DNA of 64,000 bases from Candidatus Binatia bacterium (GTDB lineage Bacteria; Desulfobacterota; Binatia; Bin18). The notes under the pieces were generated by a model. That model was not told the DNA's origin, ran no database searches, and worked only from the letters and a program-made list of their open reading frames with translations. A program made the position numbers and the translations under genes. The DNA is taken from the NCBI GenBank assembly GCA_963664395.2, contig OY761159.2, positions 3,392,001 through 3,456,000 on the forward strand, written 5' to 3'. Every line of letters begins with the position of its first letter. Positions within the stretch are counted from its first letter, which is position 1. Below, one piece after another: positions 17,997-27,879 of this stretch.

Positions 17997-19175
17997 ATGA
18001 GCCACACGGCGGATGTCGTGATTATCGGTGCCGGGGTGACGGGGGCGAGTATTGCGTTCAATCTCGCCCAGCGGGGCATCACCAATGTTGTCGTCCTGGA
18101 GAAAAATTTCATTGCCTCCGGGGCAACCGGCAAAAGCTCGGCCTGTATCCGCCAACACTATTCGACCGAGGTCACCGCGCGCATGGTCCGGCGCAGCCTG
18201 GACGTTTTTGAGCACTTCAGCGATGCGGTCGGTGGCTCAGCCGGCTTTACGAGAACAGGCTATTTGATGGGCGTGCCGGAGCGGGATTTCGAAGCGCTTA
18301 AAAACGTGGTGGCCATGCAGCAGCGTGTCGGGATCGATACCCGCTTGATCTCGCCCGAAGAAATCCGGGAAATCGAACCGCGCACGCGCGTGGAAGACTT
18401 TGCCTCAGGCGCTTGGGAGCCGGACTCCGGCTACGCCGACCCGTCGGACACAACGTCGTCCTTTATACGACGGGCAAGAGAGCAGGGCGTTCAAGTCCAT
18501 CAAGGGACTGAGGTCGTCGGACTCCAACTGGCTGGCGGAGCGGTGACGGAGGTCGTTACCAATCAGGGCAGCTTTTCCACCCCGACGGTCATTGATGCGG
18601 CCGGAGCCTGGGGCGACCGTATTGCGGCAATGGTAGAAGTGGCGATTCCGCTCACCGTTTGCCGCCACAATATCTGCTTTGTCAAACGGCCGGCCGAGGC
18701 GGCCGAGCGGCATCCCATGGTGTACGACTTGGTGAGCCAGATCTACACGCGGCCCGAGGGTGCAGACCTGACCCTGGTTGGCTCACTTGATCCCATTGAA
18801 ATCAACGACCGGGTCGATCCCGATCAATACGATCACGGCGTGAGCTATGACAAGACGGTTGAGATGACGGGCCATGTCACCCATCGCTTTCCGCGCTTTG
18901 AGACGGGTTATTTTCACAGCGGCTACTCGGGATTTTTTGATGTCATGCCCGACTGGCACCCCATTCTGGACGCCGTGCCGGGGATTGGCGGATTTTACAT
19001 GGCCGTCGGATTCAGCGGCCACGGCTTCAAGCTCGCCCCGGCGGTGGGCGAAATGATGGCTGAGCTTATTCTGAATGGCAAGCAGCCGGGCACGGATATT
19101 GACGCCTTTCGCTTTAGCCGGTTTGCGGAGAAACAACCCATTCGGGGCATGTATGATGAAGGCTTGATGGGCTAG
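17997..19175 (+). CDS. FAD-dependent amine oxidase (DAO/sarcosine oxidase beta-like)
   Basis: GAGVTG, GATGKS, PDWHPIL, GFSGHGFKLAPAVG. Confidence 0.9.
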   Translation: MSHTADVVIIGAGVTGASIAFNLAQRGITNVVVLEKNFIASGATGKSSACIRQHYSTEVTARMVRRSLDVFEHFSDAVGGSAGFTRTGYLMGVPERDFEALKNVVAMQQRVGIDTRLISPEEIREIEPRTRVEDFASGAWEPDSGYADPSDTTSSFIRRAREQGVQVHQGTEVVGLQLAGGAVTEVVTNQGSFSTPTVIDAAGAWGDRIAAMVEVAIPLTVCRHNICFVKRPAEAAERHPMVYDLVSQIYTRPEGADLTLVGSLDPIEINDRVDPDQYDHGVSYDKTVEMTGHVTHRFPRFETGYFHSGYSGFFDVMPDWHPILDAVPGIGGFYMAVGFSGHGFKLAPAVGEMMAELILNGKQPGTDIDAFRFSRFAEKQPIRGMYDEGLMG

Positions 19176-19210
19176 AAGAGAGGAAGAAAAGAGAGCAAGA
19201 GGAAAGAGCT

Positions 19211-20377
19211 ATGACACAACTATCCCAACCCGTTCGTGAGGGAGCCGCCCGGACCCAGCAGCCGCTTTCCCAGGCGCGACATATGCCAGCCCATTTTTAC
19301 ACCTCAGCCGAGATATACGAGCGAGAGAAAGAACGCATCTTTCAAAAAGAATGGCTGTGCATGGGCCGGGTCGAAGAGCTGGACCAGCCGGGCAGCTATC
19401 TGACCTTTCGGGTGGCCGGCGAGCCGATTGTCATCTGTAAAGATGGCCAGGGGGAGCTTCGAGCCTTCTCCAATGTGTGTCGCCACCGGGGGACGCAGGT
19501 GGCGTTTGGCGAGTCCGACAACGGGACGCCTTTTGGAAAAGGCTGTGACAAGGCGTTTTCGTGTCGGTACCACGGCTGGACGTATGACCTGGACGGCCGG
19601 CTGCTCAACGCGCCGTACTCTGCGGAAATGGAGGGCTTTGACCCCAAGGATTTCGGCCTGATTCCATTACAGGTCGATACCTGGGCCGGGTTTCTGTTTG
19701 TCAACTTCGACCCGGCCGCGCGGAGTTTGATGGATGTCCTGAACGAGGTCGATTTTCCCCGGACCTATCAGCCCTACCGCTATGAAGACTTTCGGCTGGC
19801 GAGCAAGTTCTCGTTCGAGCTGGACTGTAACTGGAAGTTCGTCAACGAAAATCTGACAGATATCTACCATATTGCGGTGCTCCACGTGAACACCTTCGGC
19901 CCCTGGCAGCCGCTGGAGTCCTACGAGTTTCGGCCGGTGCGGGGTGGCTATCACGGCTATTTCAAGGGCAAGACCCTGGCCCCGAACGGTGACTCGCTGT
20001 TCGGCACGATTCCCTGGATTTCGGGCAAACTGGCCGAGGGCGGCTATTCCAGCCATCTGCGGCCGAATATCCCCTGGTTTCCGCGGCATGACTTTCTGTG
20101 CTTTATGTCGGTCTGGCCGGGGGAGAGCGTTGATAAAACGGTCGGCGTTTCGTATCAGCTCTTTCCCAAGCAGCATTTTGAGCTGCCCGATTTTCAGGAC
20201 AAGGTGCGGGTCTATGACGACTTTCTCAAGGAGTTCCTGGCCGAAGACATCTCGATGATCAAGTCGCTCCAGCAAGGCATGGATTCCAAGTATTTCCAAC
20301 CCGGACCCATGTCCCGTTATGAGGTCGCCATTCATAGCATTGCCAACTATTACCTCGAACGCCTCGAAGCCGAGTAG
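19211..20377 (+). CDS. Rieske non-haem iron oxygenase alpha subunit (choline monooxygenase/CntA-like group)
   Basis: NVCRH...CRYHGW; CNWK...DIYHIAVLH; EDIS. Confidence 0.92.
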   Translation: MTQLSQPVREGAARTQQPLSQARHMPAHFYTSAEIYEREKERIFQKEWLCMGRVEELDQPGSYLTFRVAGEPIVICKDGQGELRAFSNVCRHRGTQVAFGESDNGTPFGKGCDKAFSCRYHGWTYDLDGRLLNAPYSAEMEGFDPKDFGLIPLQVDTWAGFLFVNFDPAARSLMDVLNEVDFPRTYQPYRYEDFRLASKFSFELDCNWKFVNENLTDIYHIAVLHVNTFGPWQPLESYEFRPVRGGYHGYFKGKTLAPNGDSLFGTIPWISGKLAEGGYSSHLRPNIPWFPRHDFLCFMSVWPGESVDKTVGVSYQLFPKQHFELPDFQDKVRVYDDFLKEFLAEDISMIKSLQQGMDSKYFQPGPMSRYEVAIHSIANYYLERLEAE

Positions 20378-20416
20378 GCATACTACGGTACGGGCCAGAC
20401 ACAGGAGGGTAGCAGA

Positions 20417-21454
20417 GTGATTACCAATCTCGGACCGGAACTCACCCAAGCCGTGGACGCGATGATCCGCGAGGTTCTGCTGGTACAGTCAGGCGAAACC
20501 GTGCTGATCACCGCGGATACGGCCTCGGATATGCAGACGGTTGAGGCCATCCAGAACGCGGCCCGCAATCTTGATACGCCGGTGGCCCTGCTCATCTCTC
20601 CGCAGTTGCCCTTCCAGGGCGCGCTGGGCGACCCCTATATTTCCGATCCGGTCCGGGCTGCGGTTACAAACTGTGATGTATGGATAGACCTGACCTTCCC
20701 CTATATGGCCGGCTCGCAAGCCTTCGACGCCGCCATGCAGAACAAGCGCACCCGCTATTATCTGGCCGCGGGTCTGAACGCGGAGTCCACGGTCAGACTG
20801 TTTGGCAAGGTCAACCTGGATACCCTGTTTACCGTCACCGCAGCCTTTGACGCTTTGCTGGTGGAGAAAAAAGGTGCCCAGGGCCGGATTACCAATCCGG
20901 TCGGGACGGATGTCACCTTCACCATGGGTGAACCCATGGCCATGGGCACGGGTCGCGCCAACGGGCCGGGTGCCCTGTTCGTTCCAGGCACGGTCATGAT
21001 TATGCCCAAGGAAGACTCGGTCAAAGGCGTGGTGAAATTCGACACCGTTTTCCACGAGTACTACACCCCGCTGGAAGAGCCGATCAGCCTGACCGTAGAC
21101 GGTACCGTGCAGGACGTTTCGGGCGGTGTGGCCGAGGGAACCGTGCTCGAACGCTCACTACGGCGGGCCAGCGGTGAGGGCTTGGGCTATATCATTCACT
21201 TCACCTGCGGCATCCATCCGGCCGCGCGCTACACGGGAACCTGTTTTCTTGAGGACCAGCGCGTGCTGGGCTATAACGCGGTCGGCCTGGGCCTGCCGTT
21301 CTGGATGCCCGGCGGCGGCGAGAACCATCCCGACGCCGTGCTGTCCAAGCAATCGCTCTGGCTCGACGGCGAGCAGATTGTCAAAGACGGCATCATTGTC
21401 GGCCCGCCCGACCTGGCCGAGCTCGCCCAGGACCTGCAACCGCTGTATCGCTAG
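20417..21454 (+). CDS. Divergent M29/NicX-family metalloprotein
   Basis: ETVLITAD, NPVGTDVTF, IIHFTCG, ENHPDAV, LWLDGEQIVKDG. Confidence 0.7.
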   Translation: MITNLGPELTQAVDAMIREVLLVQSGETVLITADTASDMQTVEAIQNAARNLDTPVALLISPQLPFQGALGDPYISDPVRAAVTNCDVWIDLTFPYMAGSQAFDAAMQNKRTRYYLAAGLNAESTVRLFGKVNLDTLFTVTAAFDALLVEKKGAQGRITNPVGTDVTFTMGEPMAMGTGRANGPGALFVPGTVMIMPKEDSVKGVVKFDTVFHEYYTPLEEPISLTVDGTVQDVSGGVAEGTVLERSLRRASGEGLGYIIHFTCGIHPAARYTGTCFLEDQRVLGYNAVGLGLPFWMPGGGENHPDAVLSKQSLWLDGEQIVKDGIIVGPPDLAELAQDLQPLYR

Positions 21455-21654
21455 GGCCGGTCGTCTCAAGAAGTGTGGGCTTCCAGCCCGCACAGGCTGC
21501 GGCTAGGCTGAGAAAGCTGGCTGCCGCCTCTACCCATCCCTAAGTGTTGGATTTCCGCACCCTGAGCGCGTATATGAAAGCGGCTCCTGAAGCGGACATA
21601 TTGTAGGCCATGCGAGAGTTGGTAAAAAGTGTAAGTATCTGTTGTATATTGATT

Positions 21655-22887
21655 ATGGGCGATACGGAAGTGGACATAAAACAGGACATTCATACGGCGG
21701 ACCGGGGTGAATCAATAGCACTGATGGAGCCCTTGGTCGTGAGCGAAAGCTCAAGGTACCGTACGCCACTGACGGACTTGGCTGTCGAGCTTGCGGCCAA
21801 AGCGGCCGGATTCCGCCGCAGCCTGCCCGCCGGGGTGCGTACCGCCCTGGCCGATCTTGTCCGAGCCATGAACTGCTACTACAGCAACCTGATCGAAGGC
21901 CACGATACCCACCCGGTCGATATCGAGCGCGCACTGAAGAACGATTACAGCGCTGATACCGCTAAGCGGAATCTCCAGCTCGAGGCCAGAGCCCATATTA
22001 CCGTCCAGAAATGGATCGATGAAAACGGTCTGCGGGGCCGCGCTACCACTGCGGACGGGCTCATCGAGATTCACCGGCGGTTCGGTGAACTGCTTCCGAA
22101 AGAGCTGCTGTGTGTAGAAGACCCGGAGACCGGCGAGAAGATCAGGGTGATCCCCGGTGCACTGCGCGAGCGCGACGTGAAGATTGGTCATCACATCCCA
22201 GTCAGCCCCGGCTCCCTGCCCCGCTTTCTGGGGCGCTTCGAGACCGTCTACACCAAGCTTGGCAGAACGGACAGTATCCTGGCTGCCGCCAGTGCGCATC
22301 ATCGCCTGCTCTGGGTCCACCCGTTCCTGGACGGTAACGGGCGCGTCGCCCGCCTGATGTCCTATGCCATACTGCTTGAGACCCTGGATACGGGCGGCAC
22401 CTGGTCAAGCGCCAGGGGCCTCGCCCGCAATGAAGGAACCTATAAAAGCCAGCTCATGGCCTGCGACGTGGAGCGCCGCAACGATCTCGATGGCAGGGGC
22501 CATCTGAGCGAAGAGGCGCTCGCCGCGTTCACCCACTTCTTTCTCACCACCTGTATCGACCAGGTGGACTTCATGGAACGGCTGGTACAGCCTGACCGTT
22601 TGTACGACCGTATCCTGCGCTGGACCGAAGAAGAAATCCGGGCAAATGCCCTGCCGCCAAAATCCGGAGCCGTTCTCGGGGCCGTCCTTTACCGCGGCGA
22701 ACTGCCCCGCGGCGAAGTCGCGCAAATCACCGGCACCGGCGAGCGCCAGGCAAGGCGCGTGACCTCAGCACTTATCGGACGCGAAGTACTCGTCTCCGAA
22801 AGCTCGCGCGCTCCCCTCCGCCTTGCCTTCCCCGCCAAGCTCGCCTCCCGATGGGTGCCAGGGCTCTTTCCGGAAAGGGCGGTGTAA
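21655..22887 (+). CDS. Fic family protein with C-terminal HTH
   Basis: YYSNLIEG; canonical HPFLDGNGRVAR. Confidence 0.93.
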   Translation: MGDTEVDIKQDIHTADRGESIALMEPLVVSESSRYRTPLTDLAVELAAKAAGFRRSLPAGVRTALADLVRAMNCYYSNLIEGHDTHPVDIERALKNDYSADTAKRNLQLEARAHITVQKWIDENGLRGRATTADGLIEIHRRFGELLPKELLCVEDPETGEKIRVIPGALRERDVKIGHHIPVSPGSLPRFLGRFETVYTKLGRTDSILAAASAHHRLLWVHPFLDGNGRVARLMSYAILLETLDTGGTWSSARGLARNEGTYKSQLMACDVERRNDLDGRGHLSEEALAAFTHFFLTTCIDQVDFMERLVQPDRLYDRILRWTEEEIRANALPPKSGAVLGAVLYRGELPRGEVAQITGTGERQARRVTSALIGREVLVSESSRAPLRLAFPAKLASRWVPGLFPERAV

Positions 22888-22917
22888 TGACGCTGGCCTT
22901 GAAAGAAAGCTAGCCGT

Positions 22918-22990
22918 GTAGGTCGGGTGAGCCGCAGGCGTAACCCGACAGCCCGGACTTGTCGGATTACGCTCCGCTAATCCGACCTAC
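22918..22990. repeat. GTAG-type REP doublet (inverted pair); single related REP at 58629-58659
   Basis: gtaggtcgggtgagc...cgtaacccgaca and tgtcggattacgctccgctaatccgacctac. Confidence 0.85.
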
Positions 22991-23043
22991 TGAACTAACC
23001 GTTCGCGCAATGTTACCGCTCGACGCTCCGGCGCGGATGCCGC

Positions 23044-23349
23044 TCAGACGGACTCATAGCGCTGAACGTTGATCTCATGTGCCCGGGCGCGCATCTGCGC
23101 CGCGTCATACCAGGCATGCATCCGCAGGAGCAGGTCCATGCTCACGTCAAATGCCTGTTCGATACGAAATGCCATCTCCGGCGATAAGGTGGCTTTGGCG
23201 TTCAATACCACCGAAAGCGTTGCCCGTCGTACCCCCAGAATTACGGCAGCTTTTGTGATGCTCAGCCCCAACTCTTCAATGACCTCGGTGCGGATGAAGT
23301 CGCCCGGATGCGAAGGGGTCATGTTCACTTTGATGCCGTTGGCCTCCAT
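23044..23349 (-). CDS. higA: HigA family antitoxin
   Basis: HPGDFIRTEVI...LGVRRATLS...LSPEMAFRIE. Confidence 0.9.
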   Translation of the reverse strand: MEANGIKVNMTPSHPGDFIRTEVIEELGLSITKAAVILGVRRATLSVVLNAKATLSPEMAFRIEQAFDVSMDLLLRMHAWYDAAQMRARAHEINVQRYESV

Positions 23350-23372
23350 CAGTGGTAATCCTCCAAGTTCAG
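23349..23372 (-). pseudogene. 3' remnant of HigB toxin (LNLEDYH*)
   Basis: Minus strand ctgaacttggaggattaccactga; stop overlaps the higA ATG (TGATG). Confidence 0.7.
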
Positions 23373-23584
23373 GGGGATAGAGCGTACGGTTTGAGCGTAG
23401 ACTCTTCAAGGTCTTTCTTGAGAGGCGGCCCGTTCCCTTTCCGCTCTGGACATCCATAGAGGGGAAAGGGAACGGGCTCCTGAACGCAGTTCTGACGGAC
23501 GTGCCGTATCGAACCTGCAATTATCTTGACCACGTTATCCACGGGAGAGTACTTTATGTATCTTGGTGTATGGGGAGTCACACA

Positions 23585-23785
23585 ATGGCGACAAACTTGT
23601 CGATAGATTCGGAACTGCTCGATAAGGCGCTCGAAGTTGGCGACGAGAAAACGAAGATCGCGACCGTCAATAGGGCCTTGCGGGAGTTCATTGCGCGGCG
23701 AGAGCAGGGACGGCTGCTTGAGCTGTTCGGCAAACTCGACTGGGACAGCCGATACGATTACAAGCGTGAACGGATGCGTCGGTGA
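23585..23785 (+). CDS. VapB family antitoxin, no adjacent VapC
   Basis: MATNLSIDSELL...TKIATVNRALREFI...DYKRER; GGAG RBS. Confidence 0.85.
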   Translation: MATNLSIDSELLDKALEVGDEKTKIATVNRALREFIARREQGRLLELFGKLDWDSRYDYKRERMRR

Positions 23786-23930
23786 TGAACCCGTGGTTCA
23801 GCGCAGTCTGATGTAAAAGTGAGTTACGGGCGAATGGCGGGTGGATGTGGAGGGCACAGAGTTGAGTGACTTTTCCGGCTATATCGTCTAGCGCATTTCC
23901 CGTTAGGCTGTAGCCCCGCCGTTCCGCTCT

Positions 23931-23999
23931 CGTCATGCCGGACTTGATCCGGCATCCAGCGGGCGGGGGCCTGGATTCCGGCTTGCGCCGGAATGACGG
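23931..23999. repeat. Double-hairpin palindromic repeat
   Basis: cgtcatgccggacttgatccggcatccag...ctggattccggcttgcgccggaatgacg. Confidence 0.75.
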
Positions 24000-24048
24000 A
24001 AGGGACCGGCTGGCTATACTGCATCGTGAAACGCGCTGGCGAAGCCGG

Positions 24049-24086
24049 AAAAACAAAAGGGCTCCAGAATTTCCAGAGCCCCTTTG
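24049..24086 (-). terminator. Intrinsic terminator-like hairpin
   Basis: Minus strand aaaggggctctggaaattctggagcccttttgttttt. Confidence 0.65.
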
Positions 24087-24201
24087 TCGATCGGGTAATT
24101 CCCGGTCCTTTTTTTAATCTACAGTCTTGAAGCTTCTGAGTGTCAAGACGAATCGAGCGAATATTGCACATACCAGTTGACCCCCTGGCGGGTAGCACCT
24201 T

Positions 24202-25668
24202 ATGAGCTTCGCCCCTTCCGAAAAACACCCGTCCCAGGTTCCGTCCCTGAAGCAGCAGCTCGGGCCGTTTCAGTTTTTCGCCATTGCCTTTGGCTCGATT
24301 ATTGGCGTGGGCTGGATGATTGTGGTTGGGGACTGGCTCCAGAGTGCCGGGCCGCTGGGCGTGAGTCTGGCCTTTCTTGGCAGCGCCGGCATGATCGTTC
24401 TTGTTGGGCTGTGCTACGCCGAGCTGGCAACCATGCTGCCGGTTGCCGGCGGGGAGATTGCCTATACCTATCTGACCTCGGGTCCGTTTCTTGCCTATGG
24501 GGTCGGCTGGTTTCTCGTGCTCGGTTATGTGGCGATTTGCGCGTTTGAAGCCGTCTCGCTGGGCCGGATTCTCGGGTTTCTCTTCCCGGCTCTCAATGCA
24601 CTGACGGCTGAGGTAGCCGGCGTATCCATCCCCGTCGGCCATGTTGGCGTCGGTCTGGGTGGGACCGTGCTGATTGGAGGTGTGAATTGGCGCGGGGTGC
24701 GGTTAGCCAGTCAGCTCCAGACTGTCCTCACCTGCATCCTCTTTCTCCTCACGGCACTCTTTGTTGGGGCCGCCCTGTGGAAAGGTCAGGTCAGCCATCT
24801 CGCTCCGCTGTTTGCTGCGCAGTCTGGTCAATCAGCACTGAGTGGGATGTTCTGGATCTTTGTCACCGCGCCCTTGTGGTATATGGGCTTTGATATCATT
24901 CCGCAGATGGTCGAGGAGGCCGCGCCGACCTTTTCACTCAAACGACTCAGTATCATTATTCCGCTTTCAATTGGCGCGGCTGCGGTGTTTTACGTGTGCG
25001 TGGTTGTGGCCACAGCCATTGTCTGGCCCTGGCGTGAGGTGGCCGGCCGGGAGTTGCCAGCCGCCTATGCCCTGCGCCAAGCATTTCAGAATTCGTGGTT
25101 GAGTCACTGCGTCCTGTCCGCGGGGGCGGTGGGCTTGCTGACCACCTGGAATGGCTTCTGCCTGGGCGCGTCGCGCTTACTGTACGCGCTCGGTCGGGCG
25201 CGTTTGTTGCCCGCCTTTTTTGGCGCTGTTCACCCGCGCCATGCCACGCCGTACAAAGCGCTGCTGTTTGTGAGCGGGCTGAGTGTGGGGAGTGTTTTTC
25301 TTGGTCGGGATGTCCTCATTCCGCTGGTGAACGTGTCGTCATTCGGCATCGCGGTTGCCTTCCTGGGTGTGACCCTGTCTCTGCCGGCTCTCCGTCAGCG
25401 TTTCCCTGACCTCCCCCGCCCGTACCAGGTCCCGTTCGGAAATATCGTCTCGCGTCTGGCGGCCGGTGGAGCGTGTATGACCCTGTTGGCATTTGTCTTA
25501 CCCATGAGTCCGGCCGCCTTTGGTTGGCCGGTTGAGTGGGGCATCCTGTTATTCTGGATACTGCTCGGGGGAGTCTTGTGGGTCGGGAGCCAAGCGTATC
25601 GCACAAGTATTTCTGAGAAGGAACGCCGGGCAGTCCTGCTGCAAGGCAAGCTGGAGCATATAGCGTAA
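24202..25668 (+). CDS. APC family amino acid/amine permease
   Basis: GSIIGVGW, YAELATMLPVAGGE, GFD, SRLLYALGR, RPYQVP. Confidence 0.92.
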   Translation: MSFAPSEKHPSQVPSLKQQLGPFQFFAIAFGSIIGVGWMIVVGDWLQSAGPLGVSLAFLGSAGMIVLVGLCYAELATMLPVAGGEIAYTYLTSGPFLAYGVGWFLVLGYVAICAFEAVSLGRILGFLFPALNALTAEVAGVSIPVGHVGVGLGGTVLIGGVNWRGVRLASQLQTVLTCILFLLTALFVGAALWKGQVSHLAPLFAAQSGQSALSGMFWIFVTAPLWYMGFDIIPQMVEEAAPTFSLKRLSIIIPLSIGAAAVFYVCVVVATAIVWPWREVAGRELPAAYALRQAFQNSWLSHCVLSAGAVGLLTTWNGFCLGASRLLYALGRARLLPAFFGAVHPRHATPYKALLFVSGLSVGSVFLGRDVLIPLVNVSSFGIAVAFLGVTLSLPALRQRFPDLPRPYQVPFGNIVSRLAAGGACMTLLAFVLPMSPAAFGWPVEWGILLFWILLGGVLWVGSQAYRTSISEKERRAVLLQGKLEHIA

Positions 25669-25794
25669 CGCCTTTTTCCCTTGACCGAGTTCGGCTGGGC
25701 GCGCTAACGTCCATAAGGTCCATCCAGGCGCTTTCCAAGTTCACGTTGAACAGTTCACGTTGAATAACTCATGTTGGATAATCGGGGGAGACGG

Positions 25795-26679
25795 ATGCAA
25801 TACGGGATACATGTCAATAGTGGGGCGGCTGTGACCGATCCCGCCGTGCTGCGGGATATGGCCCAGTTGGCGGAAGAACTGGGTTGTGAGTCCATCCTGA
25901 TTGGCGACCACCTCCTGCCGCCGCAAAAAATTCAGACCCCCTAACGCCTTCCGGTCAAGATGGACAATCCGCCGTGGCATGTATACCAGGAGCACGATTG
26001 GCCGGACTGTTTCACTACCCTGGCGTTTCTGGCTGCAATCACAACGCGAGTGCGGTTGGGGGTGAGCGTGATTATCCTGCCCTATCGCCATCCCGTGGCT
26101 GTCACCAAGATGCTGACAACGCTGGATCGTTTGTCGGGCGGACGTATCATCTGTGGCGTTGGCATTGGCTGGCTGAAGGACGAGTTTGCGTTTCTTGGTA
26201 TCCCGTTCGAAGAGCGGGCGGCTTTGAGCGAGGACTGTCTCAAGCTGATGAAAACGTTGTGGACGGATACGCACCCGCGTCTTACCACCGCCTATGGAAA
26301 GATTGATGCTGATGTGAATTTTGGGCCGCCGCCCGTTCAGCGGCCGCATCCGCCGATTTGGATCGGCGGTAATAGCATGCCCGCCCTGCGCCGCGTGGCG
26401 CGCTGGGGAGACGGTTGGCAGCCGGTTTTTCTCTCACCCGAGACGATTCGGCACAAGACGGAGACCTTGCACCGCCTTATGCACGAGGCCGGCCGCGATG
26501 CTGCCCGGTTGGAGATTACAACACTTGTCGGAGCGGATGTCTCTGTCGCCGAAGCGCAGGCGTACCAAGCGGCAGGCGTGCAGGCGTTATACATGCTGAC
26601 AACAACGGATCAGCCGGCTGAACTCTTTGTGCAGATGAAACAGTTTGTGGCGACAATGCGAGAGGTCGGAAACGGATAA
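25795..26679 (+). pseudogene. LLM-class (F420-dependent-like) oxidoreductase interrupted by an in-frame TAA at 25942-25944
   Basis: MQYGIH...AEELGCESILIGDH is in frame with the downstream ORF 25960-26679. Confidence 0.85.
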
Positions 26680-26691
26680 AGGAGAGACGAC

Positions 26692-27822
26692 ATGACGCGT
26701 ATTATTGATGCGGACAGCCATTTTATGGAACCGCTTGACCTGTGGGAGCAGTATATCGACCCACAGTATCGCTCGCGCTGCTTGCGGTTTGAACAAGATC
26801 CCAAAAACAACCAGTATACGGTTGCCGTTGAAGATCTTCGGATCGATCATTCTGGAGATCTCAGCATCGAAGAACTCTTGGGCGTTGCCGTCGGCTATGG
26901 CCAAAAAGAATCGGGCCAGGGGCTCAAGTCCTTCGATCCGGCCCAGGCGTTCAGTCACTCGCTTGAGGACATGGAGCAACGTCTCCGATTCCTCGATATC
27001 GAAGGGATAGCAGGCCAGTTTATCTACCCCACCCTGGGGTTGCTGTGGGAGGACCTGGTTGAAGACCCGCAACTCGCCGCCGCCCACTGCCGCGCCTATA
27101 ACCGTTGGACGGTTGAAACGTGTCAGGGGCATATGGATCGTCTCTATCCCCTGGGCCATATTTCGTTGCGCAACCCTGCCGCTGCGGTCGAGGAGATTCA
27201 GCGCTTGGCCAAAGCCGGAGTGCACGGGGTCTTTGTTGGTGCCCTGCCCATAAACGGTAAAAGTTTTGGCCATCCGGACTTTGACCCCGTCTGGGCAACG
27301 GCCCAGGAGTGCGACATTGCCGTCGGACTGCACCTGGTGGTCCATGCAAAATATATTGGCAACGAATGGTATAGCGACCGTGATCCCGGCTTTATGTTTC
27401 TCAGCATGAATGTCATTCAAGACCCCCGCATGGCCCTCACCACCATGGTCTATGACGGCGTGTTCGAGCGTTTCCCGCGCCTGCGGGTGGCCACGATTGA
27501 GTCTGCCAGCGGCTGGGTTGCCGAGTGGCTCGACCGGCTGGACTATCGGTTCAGCTATATGGGCCACACCTGCCAGATGAAGCGGCCGGCCAGCGAATAC
27601 TTTGCGCGCAACATCTGGATTTCCGCCGACCCGAGCGAACGGACCCTGCCGTATATGATTGAGTTGGTTGGGGACGATAAGTTTTTTGTGGGCTCGGATT
27701 ATCCCCATGCCGAAGGCTTTACCGAGCCGGTCAAAAAAACCCGCGCATCACTGGCGCGTCTGCCCGAAGCTTCGGTCAACAAAATCCTGGGGGAGAATGC
27801 CGCCAAATTCTTTGGCCTGTAG
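26692..27822 (+). CDS. Amidohydrolase_2 family protein
   Basis: IIDADSH, RAYNRW, GVFERFPRL, GSDYPHAE. Confidence 0.92.
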   Translation: MTRIIDADSHFMEPLDLWEQYIDPQYRSRCLRFEQDPKNNQYTVAVEDLRIDHSGDLSIEELLGVAVGYGQKESGQGLKSFDPAQAFSHSLEDMEQRLRFLDIEGIAGQFIYPTLGLLWEDLVEDPQLAAAHCRAYNRWTVETCQGHMDRLYPLGHISLRNPAAAVEEIQRLAKAGVHGVFVGALPINGKSFGHPDFDPVWATAQECDIAVGLHLVVHAKYIGNEWYSDRDPGFMFLSMNVIQDPRMALTTMVYDGVFERFPRLRVATIESASGWVAEWLDRLDYRFSYMGHTCQMKRPASEYFARNIWISADPSERTLPYMIELVGDDKFFVGSDYPHAEGFTEPVKKTRASLARLPEASVNKILGENAAKFFGL

Positions 27823-27879
27823 TTTGTGGGCTCTCATAGACCCTGATTCCATCAAGAGCATTCTTATGAGACCAGCGGT

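Noticed and set aside
25942-25944. Selenocysteine/pyrrolysine recoding
   Set aside because: The stop is TAA, not TGA or TAG
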